Shown: positions 37,005 through 48,355 of the stretch, one piece after another
Position numbering within the stretch: the first letter of the stretch is position 1
Layout of the letters: every line of letters begins with the position of its first letter
Origin: Candidatus Deferrimicrobium sp.
Lineage (GTDB): Bacteria; Desulfobacterota; Deferrimicrobia; Deferrimicrobiales; Deferrimicrobiaceae
Length of the DNA stretch: 64,000 nt
Direction of reading: 5' to 3'
Assembly: GCF_036396855.1 (NCBI RefSeq)
Contig: NZ_DASWKA010000030.1
Location: 12,103 to 76,102, forward strand
Made by a program: the position numbers and the translations under genes
Notes under the pieces: generated by a model
Databases searched by the model: none
Told to the model about the DNA's origin: nothing
Seen by the model: the letters and a program-made list of their open reading frames with translations, nothing else

Positions 37005-39577
37005 AGTACAGGCCGCAGGAGATCGAACGGAAGTGGCAGCGGAGATGGGACGAGGCCGGAGTGTCCCGGTGCCCGGACGAGCTGTCCGGACCGAAATATT
37101 ACTGCCTCGAGATGTTCCCGTACCCTTCCGGACGGATCCACATGGGGCACGTGCGGGTGTACACGATCGGCGACCTGCTCGCGCGCTTCAAGCGGATGCA
37201 GGGGTTCCAGGTGCTTCACCCGATCGGTTGGGACGCGTTCGGGCTGCCCGCCGAAAACGCCGCCTACCGGCACGGGACGCACCCGGCGAAATGGACGTGG
37301 GAGAACATCGCCTTCATGCGGGGCCAGCTGAAGGAGTTGGGGATCTCCTACGACTGGGACCGCGAGTTCGCGACCTGTTCCCCGGAATATTACAAGTGGG
37401 AGCAGCTCTTTTTCCTGTGGATGCTTCGGGACGGTCTCGCGTACCGCAAGCGCGCCACTCTCAACTGGTGCGGGGAATGCCAGACCGTGCTCGCCAACGA
37501 GCAGGTGAACGGCGACGGGACGTGCTTCATCCACGACCAGACGCCGGTGGCCCAGAAGGAGCTCGACCAGTGGTTCATCGGCATCACGAAGTACGCCGAG
37601 GAGCTGCTCTCCGGGCACAGGGAGCTCGAGGGCCGGTGGCCGGCGAACATCCTCGAGATGCAGCGCAACTGGATCGGCCGCAGCGAGGGGGCGGAGATCC
37701 GCTTTCCCCTCGACGAGGGGGGCGGCGACGTCACGGTGTTCACGACGCGGCCCGACACGCTCTTCGGCGCCACGTTCATGAGCATGGCCCCCGAGCACCC
37801 GATGGTGATGGAGTTCGCGAAACGGACCGGCAGGGAGCGCGAGGTGAGGGAGTTCGTCGACCGGGTGGCGGGCCAGGACCGGATCGCCCGGACGAGCGAG
37901 GACCTCGAGAAGGAGGGGGTGTTCACCGGGGGGTATTGCGTGAACCCCGCCACGGGAAACCGGATCCCGGTCTACGCCGCCAACTTCGTACTGTACGACT
38001 ACGGAACGGGCGCGGTGATGGCGGTGCCGGCCCACGACCAGCGCGACTTCGAGTTCGCCCGCAAGTACGGCCTCCCGGTGACGGTCGTCGTGCAGCCCGA
38101 GGGGGAGGCGATCGATCCGGCGACGATGACCGCTGCGCACGAGGGGCCGGGGCGACTGGTCGGCTCCGGCGCGTTCGACGGGATCTCGAGCGATGAGGGG
38201 AAGAGGGCGATAACGGATCACCTGGAAGGGAAGAGGTTGGGTCGCGGGACGATCCAGTACCGTCTTCGCGACTGGGGCGTCAGCCGGCAGCGGTACTGGG
38301 GTTGCCCGATCCCGGTGATCCATTGCGAGGCGTGCGGAATCGTCCCCGTTCCGGAGAAGGATCTTCCGGTGGTGCTCCCGGAGGACCTTCCGTACACGCG
38401 GGAGCGGGGGAACCCGCTGGCAGGCGCGGAGCATTGGGTTCGCGTGCCGTGCCCCTCCTGCGGGAAGCCCGGCCGGCGGGAGACCGACACGTTCGACACC
38501 TTCGTCGAGTCCTCCTGGTACTTCCTGCGCTACATCGACCCGAAGAACGACCGCGCTCCGCTCGACCCGGAAAAGATGCGCCGGTTCGCGCCTGTGGACC
38601 AGTATGTGGGGGGGGTGGAGCACGCCTGCATGCACCTCATCTACGCACGCTTCTTCCACAAGTATCTCCGCGACAAGGGGCTGGCTCCGGGAAACGAACC
38701 GTTCGAGCGCCTCCTTTCCCAGGGGATGGTCTGCATGCAGACCGCCGAGTGCCCCAAGCACGGCTGGAGGTACCCGGAGGAGGTCGACGAAAAAGGGAAG
38801 TGCCGCCAGTGCGGCGAGACGGTGGACGTCGGGCGGTCGATGAAGATGTCGAAGTCGAAGAGGAACGTCGTCGAGCCCTCGTCGCTGATCGAGCGGTACG
38901 GGGCCGACACGGCACGGCTCTTCATTCTCTTCGCGGCGCCGCCGGAAAAGGACCTCGACTGGAACGAGCAGGGCGTGGAGGGAGCCTTCCGGTTTCTCAA
39001 CCGCATCCATCGGCTGGTCGCGCCGCGCGCAAAGGCGATCGCGGCCGCCGCGGCCGTCTGGGACGGTTCCCGAGAGGTCCGCGCCATCCGGCAGGTGACC
39101 CACCGGACGCTGATCAAGGTCACCGCCGACATCGAGGACCGCTCCCACTTCAACACGGCGATCTCCGCCGTCATGGAGATGGTGAATTTCCTCTACCTCG
39201 TCCCCGAAGCCGCGTGGGAGCGTCCCGCGCCGGCCGCCGCCCTCCGCGAAGCGGTGGAGATCCTGCTCCATATGCTTTCTCCCTTCGCGCCTCATATGGG
39301 CGAGGAACTTTGGGAGCGCATCGGAGGGAAGGGACTGCTCTGCTCCCGTCCCTGGCCCGCAGCCGACGTCGACGTCGCGCGGGAGGAGGAGATCGAGGTC
39401 GTCGTCCAGGTCAACGGGAAGGTGCGGTCGAAGCTGGCCATCGGCGCCGGCGCCGGAGAGGGAGAGGTTCGCGAGCGGGTGATGGCCGATCCGAAGGTCC
39501 GGGAGTACACGGCGGGCAGGGAGATCCGAAAGACCGTCTACGTTCCCGGGAAACTCTTCAGCATCGTCGTTTCCTGA
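37001..39577 (+). CDS. leuS: Leucine--tRNA ligase
   Basis: 858 aa with class I motifs [11 protein letters not shown] and KMSKSKRN. The GTG overlaps the nusB stop. Confidence 0.97.
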   Translation: MKYRPQEIERKWQRRWDEAGVSRCPDELSGPKYYCLEMFPYPSGRIHMGHVRVYTIGDLLARFKRMQGFQVLHPIGWDAFGLPAENAAYRHGTHPAKWTWENIAFMRGQLKELGISYDWDREFATCSPEYYKWEQLFFLWMLRDGLAYRKRATLNWCGECQTVLANEQVNGDGTCFIHDQTPVAQKELDQWFIGITKYAEELLSGHRELEGRWPANILEMQRNWIGRSEGAEIRFPLDEGGGDVTVFTTRPDTLFGATFMSMAPEHPMVMEFAKRTGREREVREFVDRVAGQDRIARTSEDLEKEGVFTGGYCVNPATGNRIPVYAANFVLYDYGTGAVMAVPAHDQRDFEFARKYGLPVTVVVQPEGEAIDPATMTAAHEGPGRLVGSGAFDGISSDEGKRAITDHLEGKRLGRGTIQYRLRDWGVSRQRYWGCPIPVIHCEACGIVPVPEKDLPVVLPEDLPYTRERGNPLAGAEHWVRVPCPSCGKPGRRETDTFDTFVESSWYFLRYIDPKNDRAPLDPEKMRRFAPVDQYVGGVEHACMHLIYARFFHKYLRDKGLAPGNEPFERLLSQGMVCMQTAECPKHGWRYPEEVDEKGKCRQCGETVDVGRSMKMSKSKRNVVEPSSLIERYGADTARLFILFAAPPEKDLDWNEQGVEGAFRFLNRIHRLVAPRAKAIAAAAAVWDGSREVRAIRQVTHRTLIKVTADIEDRSHFNTAISAVMEMVNFLYLVPEAAWERPAPAAALREAVEILLHMLSPFAPHMGEELWERIGGKGLLCSRPWPAADVDVAREEEIEVVVQVNGKVRSKLAIGAGAGEGEVRERVMADPKVREYTAGREIRKTVYVPGKLFSIVVS

Positions 39578-39608
39578 AGGGAATGTATTGAAGCACAAGG
39601 GGAGATTC

Positions 39609-40133
39609 ATGGCAGGCCGGATCGCGTATCGGATCCTCTTCGCGTTGACGCTCCTGTCCGCGGTCGCGGGGTGCGGATACCGCCTCGAGTCCGGGACGGC
39701 GCTGTTCAGGAACCCCTCGGTGCGGATGGACGTCCCCCCCTTCGCGAACCGTTCCGCGACGCCCGACGCCGGCGCCGTGGCCGCCGCGCGCTTCCGCGAG
39801 GAACTTCGCCGGAGCGGCTTCCGTGGCACCTTCGGAAACATCGGCGCGAACTACCTGGTCGAGGGGACGGTGCGGGAGGTCCGTTCGGACCTCTTCTCCC
39901 ACGGCGCGGACCGGTTCTCGCTCGAGAATCGCCTTACCCTGGTGGTGGATATCCGGGTGGTCGAGGTCGTCCGGGGAGGAGTCCTCTGGAAAGAGTCCGG
40001 CCTGACCGAGACCGCTTCCTTCTTTTCCGGAACGGACGCGCAGTACACGGAGGCAAACCGGCGCGCCGCCTTCGAGCAGGTAGTCCGGCGGATGGCCGTC
40101 CGCCTCTCCCAGACCCTCCGCGTGCTCCTTTGA
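39609..40133 (+). CDS. lptE: LPS-assembly lipoprotein LptE
   Basis: ORF from 39588. ATG at 39609 after GGGGAG gives MAGRIAYRILFALTLLSAVAGC (lipobox). It sits in the conserved leuS-lptE-holA position. Confidence 0.7.
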   Translation: MAGRIAYRILFALTLLSAVAGCGYRLESGTALFRNPSVRMDVPPFANRSATPDAGAVAAARFREELRRSGFRGTFGNIGANYLVEGTVREVRSDLFSHGADRFSLENRLTLVVDIRVVEVVRGGVLWKESGLTETASFFSGTDAQYTEANRRAAFEQVVRRMAVRLSQTLRVLL

Positions 40134-41050
40134 AACCGGCCGATCCTCCCCCGATCTTCCGGGAGTGGCTCTCGGGGGATCCCGCCCCGGCATACCTTCT
40201 TTATGGGGACGGAGCCGGTCTCGCCGGGCTTTTCGCGTGGTCGTTGGAGGGGAAGCTGCGCGGAGAAGGGGTTCCGATCGAGTCGTTCCGGTGGACGCTC
40301 GAAGATCTCGCCCGGGAATCCCCCACCGCTGCGTGGCGGTCCCCGTCGTTCTTCTCCCGCGTGCGGATCTTCACGCTTCCCGACATCGCGGAGATGAAGA
40401 AGGCGCACCGGGAGGAGATCAAGGCGTATCTCGAATCCCCGGAGCCTTCCGCGACGCTGATCCTCCACGGGACCGATTTCCGGCAGGCGCGAGGGTTCTC
40501 AGGCGCACGGAACCTCCTTTCGGACGCCCCGAGGGAAGAGAAGGCGGTCGAGGCGCTGGCGCGTCATGCCGTTGCCGTGGCCGCCGAGGGCGGAGCGAAG
40601 CTCACGCGGGAATCTGCGCACTTTCTCGCGCGGTGGGTGGGCGTCTCCTTCGACGCCCTCGGCGCGGAGATCGGCAAGGTGCTGGCGTTTGCCGGCGGGC
40701 GCGGGGAAGTGGTCGAGGAAGACATCCGTGCGGTCTGTGTCGCCCGGGGAGAAGTCGATCCGTTCCGCCTGGCCGAGACGCTGGTGCGGAAGGACGGAAA
40801 AACGTGTCTCTCCCTGTTCCGTCGCTTCGCGGCGGCGGCGGATCCCGACGATTACCACAAACTGAACGGGGCGGTGGCGTGGTTCCTTCGGAGCAGGATC
40901 CAGGGGAAGGGGAGTGCCGGAGGGGTTACGCCGCGGCGGGCCGCGGAGATCTTCCGGACCCTGTCACGAATCGACCGGGAGATCAAGGGGGAGAGCAGGC
41001 TCTCCCCCGGGCAGGTGTACGAGATCCGGCTGCTGTCGCTGCTGCGCTGA
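40130..41050 (+). CDS. holA: DNA polymerase III delta subunit
   Basis: TTG at 40130 overlaps the lptE stop. The ~306-aa protein has delta-like organisation and conserved synteny. Sequence motifs are weak. Confidence 0.7.
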   Translation: MKPADPPPIFREWLSGDPAPAYLLYGDGAGLAGLFAWSLEGKLRGEGVPIESFRWTLEDLARESPTAAWRSPSFFSRVRIFTLPDIAEMKKAHREEIKAYLESPEPSATLILHGTDFRQARGFSGARNLLSDAPREEKAVEALARHAVAVAAEGGAKLTRESAHFLARWVGVSFDALGAEIGKVLAFAGGRGEVVEEDIRAVCVARGEVDPFRLAETLVRKDGKTCLSLFRRFAAAADPDDYHKLNGAVAWFLRSRIQGKGSAGGVTPRRAAEIFRTLSRIDREIKGESRLSPGQVYEIRLLSLLR

Positions 41051-41055
41051 CCAGG

Positions 41056-41325
41056 TTACTTCTTCGCCGCCTTGTGGACGGCTTTCGCCAGGCGCGAGAC
41101 CTTGCGGGATGCGGTCTTCTTGTGCAGAACGCCCTTCGACCCGGCGCGCTCGAGGACGGAAGCGGCTTTGCGCAGCAGTTCGACGCTCTTCTCCCCGGTT
41201 CCCTCTGCGATCGCGGACCGGACGTCCTTGACGGCGGTCTTCACCGTGGAGCGGACGTGGCGGTTGCGAGCCCTGGCCTTCAGGCTCTGCTTGTGCCGTT
41301 TGATGCCGGACTTGATCCTGGCCAA
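41056..41325 (-). CDS. rpsT: 30S ribosomal protein S20
   Basis: 89 aa, MARIKSGIKRHKQSLKARARN... Confidence 0.95.
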   Translation of the reverse strand: MARIKSGIKRHKQSLKARARNRHVRSTVKTAVKDVRSAIAEGTGEKSVELLRKAASVLERAGSKGVLHKKTASRKVSRLAKAVHKAAKK

Positions 41326-41473
41326 TCTGTGCCTCCTTGCGATCCGTTCGATGAATTCGGTAAAGCGACATTAAACACTACGATTAGCGAAAAGTCAAAG
41401 AATTACGCGGTCCGTGGATGCCCAATAAAAAGGCAATCTGATAAAGGGGCACTCCGGACACGGGCGAAGGGGA

Positions 41474-41519
41474 ATTTCCACAGGAGAATCCACAGACTAT
41501 CCACAAAGGATGTGGAAAA
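41474..41519. promoter_or_regulatory. Cluster of four DnaA-box-like 9-mers
   Basis: The boxes are ATTTCCACA (41474-41482), GAATCCACA (41486-41494), CTATCCACA (41497-41505) and the inverted TGTGGAAAA (41511-41519). The direct boxes are spaced 12 and 11 bp apart. Confidence 0.5.
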
Positions 41520-41529
41520 CGCCGTGCGG

Positions 41530-42333
41530 TCAGGCCGTCGACTTCTTCGCCATCTCCCAGAGGCGATCCAGCGTGGGCATGTCGGAATCCTCGATAGAAC
41601 ATCCTGTTTCCACTGCGATTTTTTCCATCTCCCGAAACCGGCGCTCGAAACGTTCATTGACGGACACCATCGCCACCTCCGCGTTCAGGCCCAGAAACCG
41701 GGCAAGATTCACCAGGGAGAAGAGGAGATCGCCGAGTTCGTGCTCCGTGTGGGCCGGATCTCCCTCCGCCATCGCCTCTTTCAGTTCCGAGAGCTCCTCT
41801 TCGACCTTTTCCAGCACCTGCTCCGTCCGTTCCCAGTCGAACCCGGCCCTTGCCGCTTTTTTCGACATCTTCGCCGCTCGGAGAAGGGAGGGAAACTCTT
41901 TCGGAATTCCACCGATGATCGATTCATGGGAACGGTTCTCGATCGTTTTCTTTATGTGATCCCACTGTCGCGACACCGCATCCGGCGTGTCGGCGGTGGC
42001 GTCCCCGAAGACGTGCGGGTGCCGTCGAATCATCTTCTCCGAGATGGAGGCGATCACGTCAGTAATGTTGAATTGCCCGTTTTCGGATGCGATTTGCGCG
42101 TGGAACAGGATCTGCAAGAGAAGATCCCCGAGTTCCTCGCACAGCGAATCCGGGTTTCCGCCACGGATCGCGTCGATCACTTCGTGCGCCTCTTCCACGA
42201 GATATTGGCGAAGCGTTTCGTGGGTCTGGGCGCGGTCCCACTCACAGCCGCCGTTCGCGCGAAGGCGGGCCATGATCTCCACCAATTTCCGGAATTCGTC
42301 CACAGAGTTTTTTCTCCGGAGTAATGTTAGCAT
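41530..42333 (-). CDS. mazG: Nucleoside triphosphate pyrophosphohydrolase MazG
   Basis: 267 aa with tandem MazG domains (LRANGGCEWDRAQTHETL, EELGDLLLQI, HELGDLLFSL). Confidence 0.9.
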   Translation of the reverse strand: MLTLLRRKNSVDEFRKLVEIMARLRANGGCEWDRAQTHETLRQYLVEEAHEVIDAIRGGNPDSLCEELGDLLLQILFHAQIASENGQFNITDVIASISEKMIRRHPHVFGDATADTPDAVSRQWDHIKKTIENRSHESIIGGIPKEFPSLLRAAKMSKKAARAGFDWERTEQVLEKVEEELSELKEAMAEGDPAHTEHELGDLLFSLVNLARFLGLNAEVAMVSVNERFERRFREMEKIAVETGCSIEDSDMPTLDRLWEMAKKSTA

Positions 42334-42341
42334 AAAGGCTT

Positions 42342-44255
42342 ATGACTCGACGGGTTTCCAACCGATCCCGGAGAGGGTGGGTGAGGTGCGCGCTCTTCCT
42401 CCTGGTCTTGATCCCTCTCGATCCCTCCCGCCTCGACGCGGCGGACCCGTTTCCAGGATACCCGATATCCGTTCGCCAACAGGCGATCCGCGTGGTCGAG
42501 GCGGCAGGCCCCGGAAAGGGGGAGGCGCTCGAACGGGAGGTACGCGCTCTTCGGCGTGCGATGTTCGACAACGCGATCCTGTCCATGAACGCCGTTCCGG
42601 ACCGGATCTTCGACCGCGCGGCCCGGGAAGGGTGGAAACGCGGGTCGTACGAATCGATGAGAGCGGTAACCCGCGTTGCGCCGCTCTCCGTCCCTCTCTG
42701 GACCTGGCTTGTCTGGGACGACGTTGCGCGGTTCCGGCTCGAGGAGTTCCTCTTCGACGTCGGAGGGTTGTGGGGAGCGCTTCGACAGTACGGTCCCGGG
42801 CTGCTCGGGTACGCCGTTTGGCTTGTTCTGTTCCTCTCCGCATCGGCGTGCTGGTTCGCGATCTGGGCGTCGCTCAATCTCCTGCTGCGGGCGCTCCCCG
42901 CGTTGACGTTGGACGTCGCCCGCTTCCTCAAGGGACTCCCCCGGCCGGAGATCTTCGCCTCCGGGATCGTCCTCGCCGTTTTTGCGGCACCGGTCGCGTG
43001 CGAAGTCGGGATCGCCGCGGCGGTGGTCTTCTGGGTCGCCCTCTCGGCCGCGTACCTGCGCCGCGGCGAGCTCGTGATCGGGGGGACGGCGATCCTGCTT
43101 ATGGCCGGCGTCTTCCTTTGCGGCGGCTTCCTCGAAGCGATTCACCCGGTGGCGGCAACGGCGCGGCAGGGGGGATGGCTGGGAGGGGAGGGGTACTACT
43201 ACGGGGGGGGGTCGAACCCCGGGGATGACGGGCGGGGGTTGCTGACCGGGGAGGAATGGGAGCGCATGGCGCGGTTCGCCCGCGCCCGGTCCGAGATGGA
43301 GGGAGGAAACCTGCGGACGGCGGAGTCGCTCTGGACCGAACTGATCGGAGAAGGAGGGGATTCGGCCGATGCGTACAACAACCGCGGGATCGTCCGTATC
43401 CGCCTCGGAAAGACGGAGGAGGGGCTCGCCGATTTCGAAGCCGCGGCATCCCTCAGCCCGGCAGGCGGTCGGGCCCAATGGAACGCCTACCAGGTCTACC
43501 TGCAGGAGTTCCGGCTGGTGCAGGCCTCCCGGATCCAGCCGGTCGCCTGGGCCGGAATCCGCGGCCTTGTCCCCTTCGACTACCGCGCCGAGGAGATGAC
43601 CCACGGGGAACTGGTCGCCGCGCCGCTTCGGGTCGGAGACGTGTGGAAGAGCCTGTTTACCGTGAGGGAAGAGTGGTTTCGGGAGGCCGGGAGGAACTCG
43701 TTCCACGCCCTGTTCTTCCGTCCCGTCCCCGGGGCATGGGTCCCGGCGCTTCTGGCGGCCGGGTTGGCCTGGACGGCGCTGTGGCGGCTTCTCTCCGGGA
43801 AAATCTGGGTGAGCAGCGTCTGCCGTTCGTGCGGCGCCGGCACGCTGGTCGTCCGGAGCCGCGAAGCCGTCGACATCTGCAACGCGTGCCGAGCGCAGGT
43901 CGGCAAGGGGATCCGGGGGGGAGAGGAGCGCGAACTGCGGGGGTTGAGCATTTCACTGCACCGGCGGTATGTCCGCGCCTGCTCCGTCCTGTTCCCGGGG
44001 GCGGGAGCCCTCTGGGCGGGGAAGGTGTTCCGGACCATGGTGTACGGTCTTCTCCTCTCGCTTTCCGCCGGGTTGATCACCGTGTCGTGGAGCGCCGGCA
44101 GGCTGGCAGGCGGCCTGATCGGCGACATGCAGACCGACATCTGGAGGGCGGCGCTGGGGGCGGTCGCGGTTCTTTGGCTGTTCGGGGCCGCCTGGGGATG
44201 GCGCTCGTTCGAGAACCTCCAGTTGCGTCACAACGTCTCCGGGGAAAGGCTGTAG
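42342..44255 (+). CDS. Multi-pass membrane protein with a TPR-like segment and a CxxC...CxxC zinc ribbon
   Basis: 637-aa ORF with several hydrophobic helices. It has a TPR-like region (ADAYNNRGIVRIRLGKTEEGLADFEAA) and CRSCGAG...CNACRAQ. No family is recognised. Confidence 0.6.
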   Translation: MTRRVSNRSRRGWVRCALFLLVLIPLDPSRLDAADPFPGYPISVRQQAIRVVEAAGPGKGEALEREVRALRRAMFDNAILSMNAVPDRIFDRAAREGWKRGSYESMRAVTRVAPLSVPLWTWLVWDDVARFRLEEFLFDVGGLWGALRQYGPGLLGYAVWLVLFLSASACWFAIWASLNLLLRALPALTLDVARFLKGLPRPEIFASGIVLAVFAAPVACEVGIAAAVVFWVALSAAYLRRGELVIGGTAILLMAGVFLCGGFLEAIHPVAATARQGGWLGGEGYYYGGGSNPGDDGRGLLTGEEWERMARFARARSEMEGGNLRTAESLWTELIGEGGDSADAYNNRGIVRIRLGKTEEGLADFEAAASLSPAGGRAQWNAYQVYLQEFRLVQASRIQPVAWAGIRGLVPFDYRAEEMTHGELVAAPLRVGDVWKSLFTVREEWFREAGRNSFHALFFRPVPGAWVPALLAAGLAWTALWRLLSGKIWVSSVCRSCGAGTLVVRSREAVDICNACRAQVGKGIRGGEERELRGLSISLHRRYVRACSVLFPGAGALWAGKVFRTMVYGLLLSLSAGLITVSWSAGRLAGGLIGDMQTDIWRAALGAVAVLWLFGAAWGWRSFENLQLRHNVSGERL

Positions 44256-44257
44256 CG

Positions 44258-45144
44258 ATGCAGGGGAAGATCGCCGACTTCGGCATCCCGGATATCTTCC
44301 AGCTCGTCTCCTCCCAGGGAAAGAGCGGATCCCTCGCGATCTCCGGGCCCGATCGCGTGACGATCTTTCTCTTCTCCGAGGGAAAGATCGTCGACGTCCA
44401 GCCGGACCGCCGGGAATCGAGATCCCTCCTCGGCACGATGCTCCGGGACGCGGGGTACCTGACGGACTCGGATCTCAGGAGGCTCCTCTCTTTCCAGGGA
44501 GCGGGCGGGAAGAAGATCGGCGAACTCCTGGTCGAGAAGGGGAAGGTCTCGAAGGAGGTCCTCGCCCGGTACCTCGTCCTGCAGGTCAAGGAGTGCCTCT
44601 TCGACGTCCTCACTTTCAGCGAGGGAGAGTACCGGTTCGAGGGATTCGCCGTCCATCCCTTCGCGTGGGGAGGAGAACCGATTCGCCCGGATGTCCTCCT
44701 GATGGAGGGGATGCAGTTCCTCGATGAATATCCTCGTTATCGCGGGATATTTCCATCCGGAGATTTTCTCGTGACGCGGAAGAGGGGGGAACGCGTCGAC
44801 CCGTACGCCTTCAGCGAGGTGGAGAGGATTCTCTGGAAGGCACTCGACTTCTCGGAGGATCCCGATCGCGTCTACCGGAAAGCGTGCCTCACGGGATTCG
44901 AGGGGATCAAGGGGCTGGCCGGACTCCTCCAACGCGGGATGATCGAGGTCTCCGCGAAAGATCCCGGGGACCATGTCGATCCCGGCAAGCGGCTGCGCGA
45001 CGAGGTCACCGCCAGGCGCCGTTTCAACACGATCCGGATGGCGCTGTGGGGATTCGCGGCAGCGGCGGCGGCCGTGTGGATCTACCGGGGGCTCTTCTCC
45101 CTGGAGGCGTATCGGGCCTTCACGGCGTGGGTGGACTTCTTCTG

Positions 45145-45145
<1 letters not shown>
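44258..45145 (+). CDS. DUF4388 (PATAN-like) domain protein
   Basis: ATG at 44258. The N-terminal GKIADFGIPDIFQLVSSQGKSGSL pattern is characteristic of DUF4388. It has a C-terminal TM helix. Confidence 0.6.
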
Positions 45146-46137
<992 letters not shown>

Positions 46138-47693
46138 CCGCCCGCCGGAGAACGGGGCCTCGCCGCGGGGCCGCCACTGGCGGCTTCTCGCGCTGAGCCT
46201 CGGGTCGGGCGCCGTATTCGCGGTTCTCTTCTACCTTTGGGGGCGTGAACTCTTCCCGAGGGGGGCGGGGCGATGGGGGGGGACTTTCCCCTTCGTCGGC
46301 GCGGTCGCGCTCACGTTGGCCGTAGCCCTCTTCCTCACGGAATGGTTCGGGTTCGCCGGCCGCGAGGTGCGGAAGGTCCGGCTGGCGGCGCGCGACTTCC
46401 TCTTCCTCTGTTCCCTCGCTCTCCTGCTGTTCTTCGCGGCGAAGGCGGTGATCGACCTGATCGCCGAGATCCCGTCGCTCGGGCGGAGCGTCCCGACCCG
46501 GGTGTACTCCTATCTGATACCGCTCCCCGCCTTCGCGATGGTGGTCCGGGTCCTCATCAACTCCGAGACGTCGATCCTCTTCACGGTCGCCGCGTCGGTC
46601 CTCTCGGCCGCCGCCGCCGCGGGAAGCTGGCCCGCGCTGCTGTTCCTCCTCCTGTCCGGCACCGCCGGCGCCGCGCGCGCGCGACGGGTCCCGGACAGGT
46701 ACCGCATGCTGATGGCCGGCGTGCAGACCGCGCCCGTGTGCGCCCTCGCCGCGGCGGCCCTCGAGTTCTCCTTCCACGGCGGCGGGGGAGTCGTGTGGGC
46801 CGGGATCTTCGGCGCCTTCAACGGCCTCCTGTCCGGCCCGATCGCCCTCGCGGTCATGCCGGTGGCGGAGTCAGCTTTCGGGTACGCGAGCGACATCCGC
46901 CTGATGGAGCTGTCCGGCACCGGCCACCCGCTCCTCTCCCGGCTGATGATGGAGACGCCCGGGACGTTTCACCACAGCGTGGTGGTCGGGACGCTGGCGG
47001 AGGCGGGCGCGCACGCCATCGGCGCCAACCCGGTGCTTTGCCGCGTCGCCGCCCTCTACCACGACATCGGGAAACTCGGGAGAGCCCAATATTTTTCCGA
47101 GAACCAGGCCGGAGCGGCGAACGTTCACGACGCGATGTCTCCCGGGCTCTCCCGCGCGGTGATCCTGTCCCACGTGAAGGAAGGGGTCCGCATGGCGGGT
47201 GAGTACCGGCTGGGGGACCGGATCACGGAGATCATCGAGCAGCATCATGGGACGAGCCTTCTCTACTGCTTCCTCGACAAGGCGAGGCCGATGATCCAGG
47301 ACCGGAAGGCGTCGGAGGAGATGTTCCGGTACCCGGGGCCGAAGCCGAAGAGCCGCGAGGCGGCGATCATCATGCTGGCCGACGCGGCCGAGGCGGCGGT
47401 GCGAAGCCTTGCCCGCCCCACCCCGCAGGAGGTCGACGAGACCGTCACCGGGATCGTCAACCGGATCTACCTCGACGGTCAGCTGAACGAGTGCGACCTC
47501 ACCCTGCGGGAGCTGCACGCCGTCGGCCGCGCCATCCGCCAGGTCCTCACCGCCGTCGCCCACGCCCGTGTCGACTACCCCGCGGGAGCGAGCAATTGAT
47601 GCACGGGCGCCCGCTCTGCGACACACGCGACACAGGCCACAGAGGGGTTTTCTCGGCGAGTGTACGGCAAGGGGGATTCACTTTAAGGTGCAA

Positions 47694-47889
47694 GCGCTTT
47701 CAGGGGACATACCTGGTTCTGACCCGGGAGGAAGACAAGGGGTGTCCTCCCGCTGAAGGGAAGGTGTGTCCCCTGCCCACAACCCACAACCCACAACCAC
47801 AAGGTTTAGGCGCTTTCAGGGGACATACCTGCCGAGGGGGGCCATTCTTTGTCTGACCTGAGTCGCAGGGAAGGTGTGTCCCCTGCCCA
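47694..47889 (+). repeat. Two tandem 116-bp-period hairpin elements separated by (CCCACAA)3
   Basis: The left arm gcgctttCAGGGGACATACCTg occurs at 47694 and 47810. The right arm gggAAGGTGTGTCCCCTGccca occurs at 47758 and 47868, giving a 14-bp stem with one G.U on the + strand. The heptamer repeat lies at 47776-47802. Confidence 0.8.
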
Positions 47890-48355
47890 TGAACGATACA
47901 GGGTTAGCCTGCGCCAAGACCTTCGTCCCGCGCCGCTCGCGGGGCGGCGGCTGAAGGCGTACGCACGGGCTGCGCTCGCCCTCCTTTCTTCGAACGGGGC
48001 CGACGTGCGGGTCCGGGTGGTCGGGGACGCCGCGATGGCGCGCTGGAACCGGGAATTTCTCTGCAGGGACCGCCCCACGAACGTCCTCTCCTTCCCGGAG
48101 ACGGACGGCGTTCCGGCGCGCGGGGCGATGGTGACGGGGGACATCGTCGTTTCCGCCCCCACCTGCCTGTCGGAGACCGGGGGATGGAAGGAGACGCCCG
48201 AGGCGCGCGTATTCTTCTTCGTCCTCCACGGCATCCTCCACCTCGCGGGGTACGATCACGAGAAGGGCGGCGCGCCGGCACGCCGGATGCGCCGGAAGGA
48301 ACTGGCGCTGTTCCGGCGTGTCCTCGACGGGGAAGGCCGGGTGCGGATCCGTTGA
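47876..48355 (+). CDS. ybeY: rRNA maturation endoribonuclease YbeY
   Basis: ORF 47849..48355 with a likely GTG start at 47876. Motifs are TNVLSFP and HGILHLAGYDH (zinc site). Confidence 0.85.
   Translation: MSPAHERYRVSLRQDLRPAPLAGRRLKAYARAALALLSSNGADVRVRVVGDAAMARWNREFLCRDRPTNVLSFPETDGVPARGAMVTGDIVVSAPTCLSETGGWKETPEARVFFFVLHGILHLAGYDHEKGGAPARRMRRKELALFRRVLDGEGRVRIR

Noticed and set aside
41474-41519. Chromosomal origin oriC.
   Set aside because: No dnaA, dnaN or gidA context and no adjacent AT-rich 13-mer-like unwinding element. There are only four boxes in 46 bp, so it is treated as a DnaA-binding cluster instead.
47694-47889. Possible CRISPR array (regularly spaced repeats).
   Set aside because: There are only two units. 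The repeats are the two arms of hairpins rather than direct repeats separated by unique spacers. No cas genes or leader are present.
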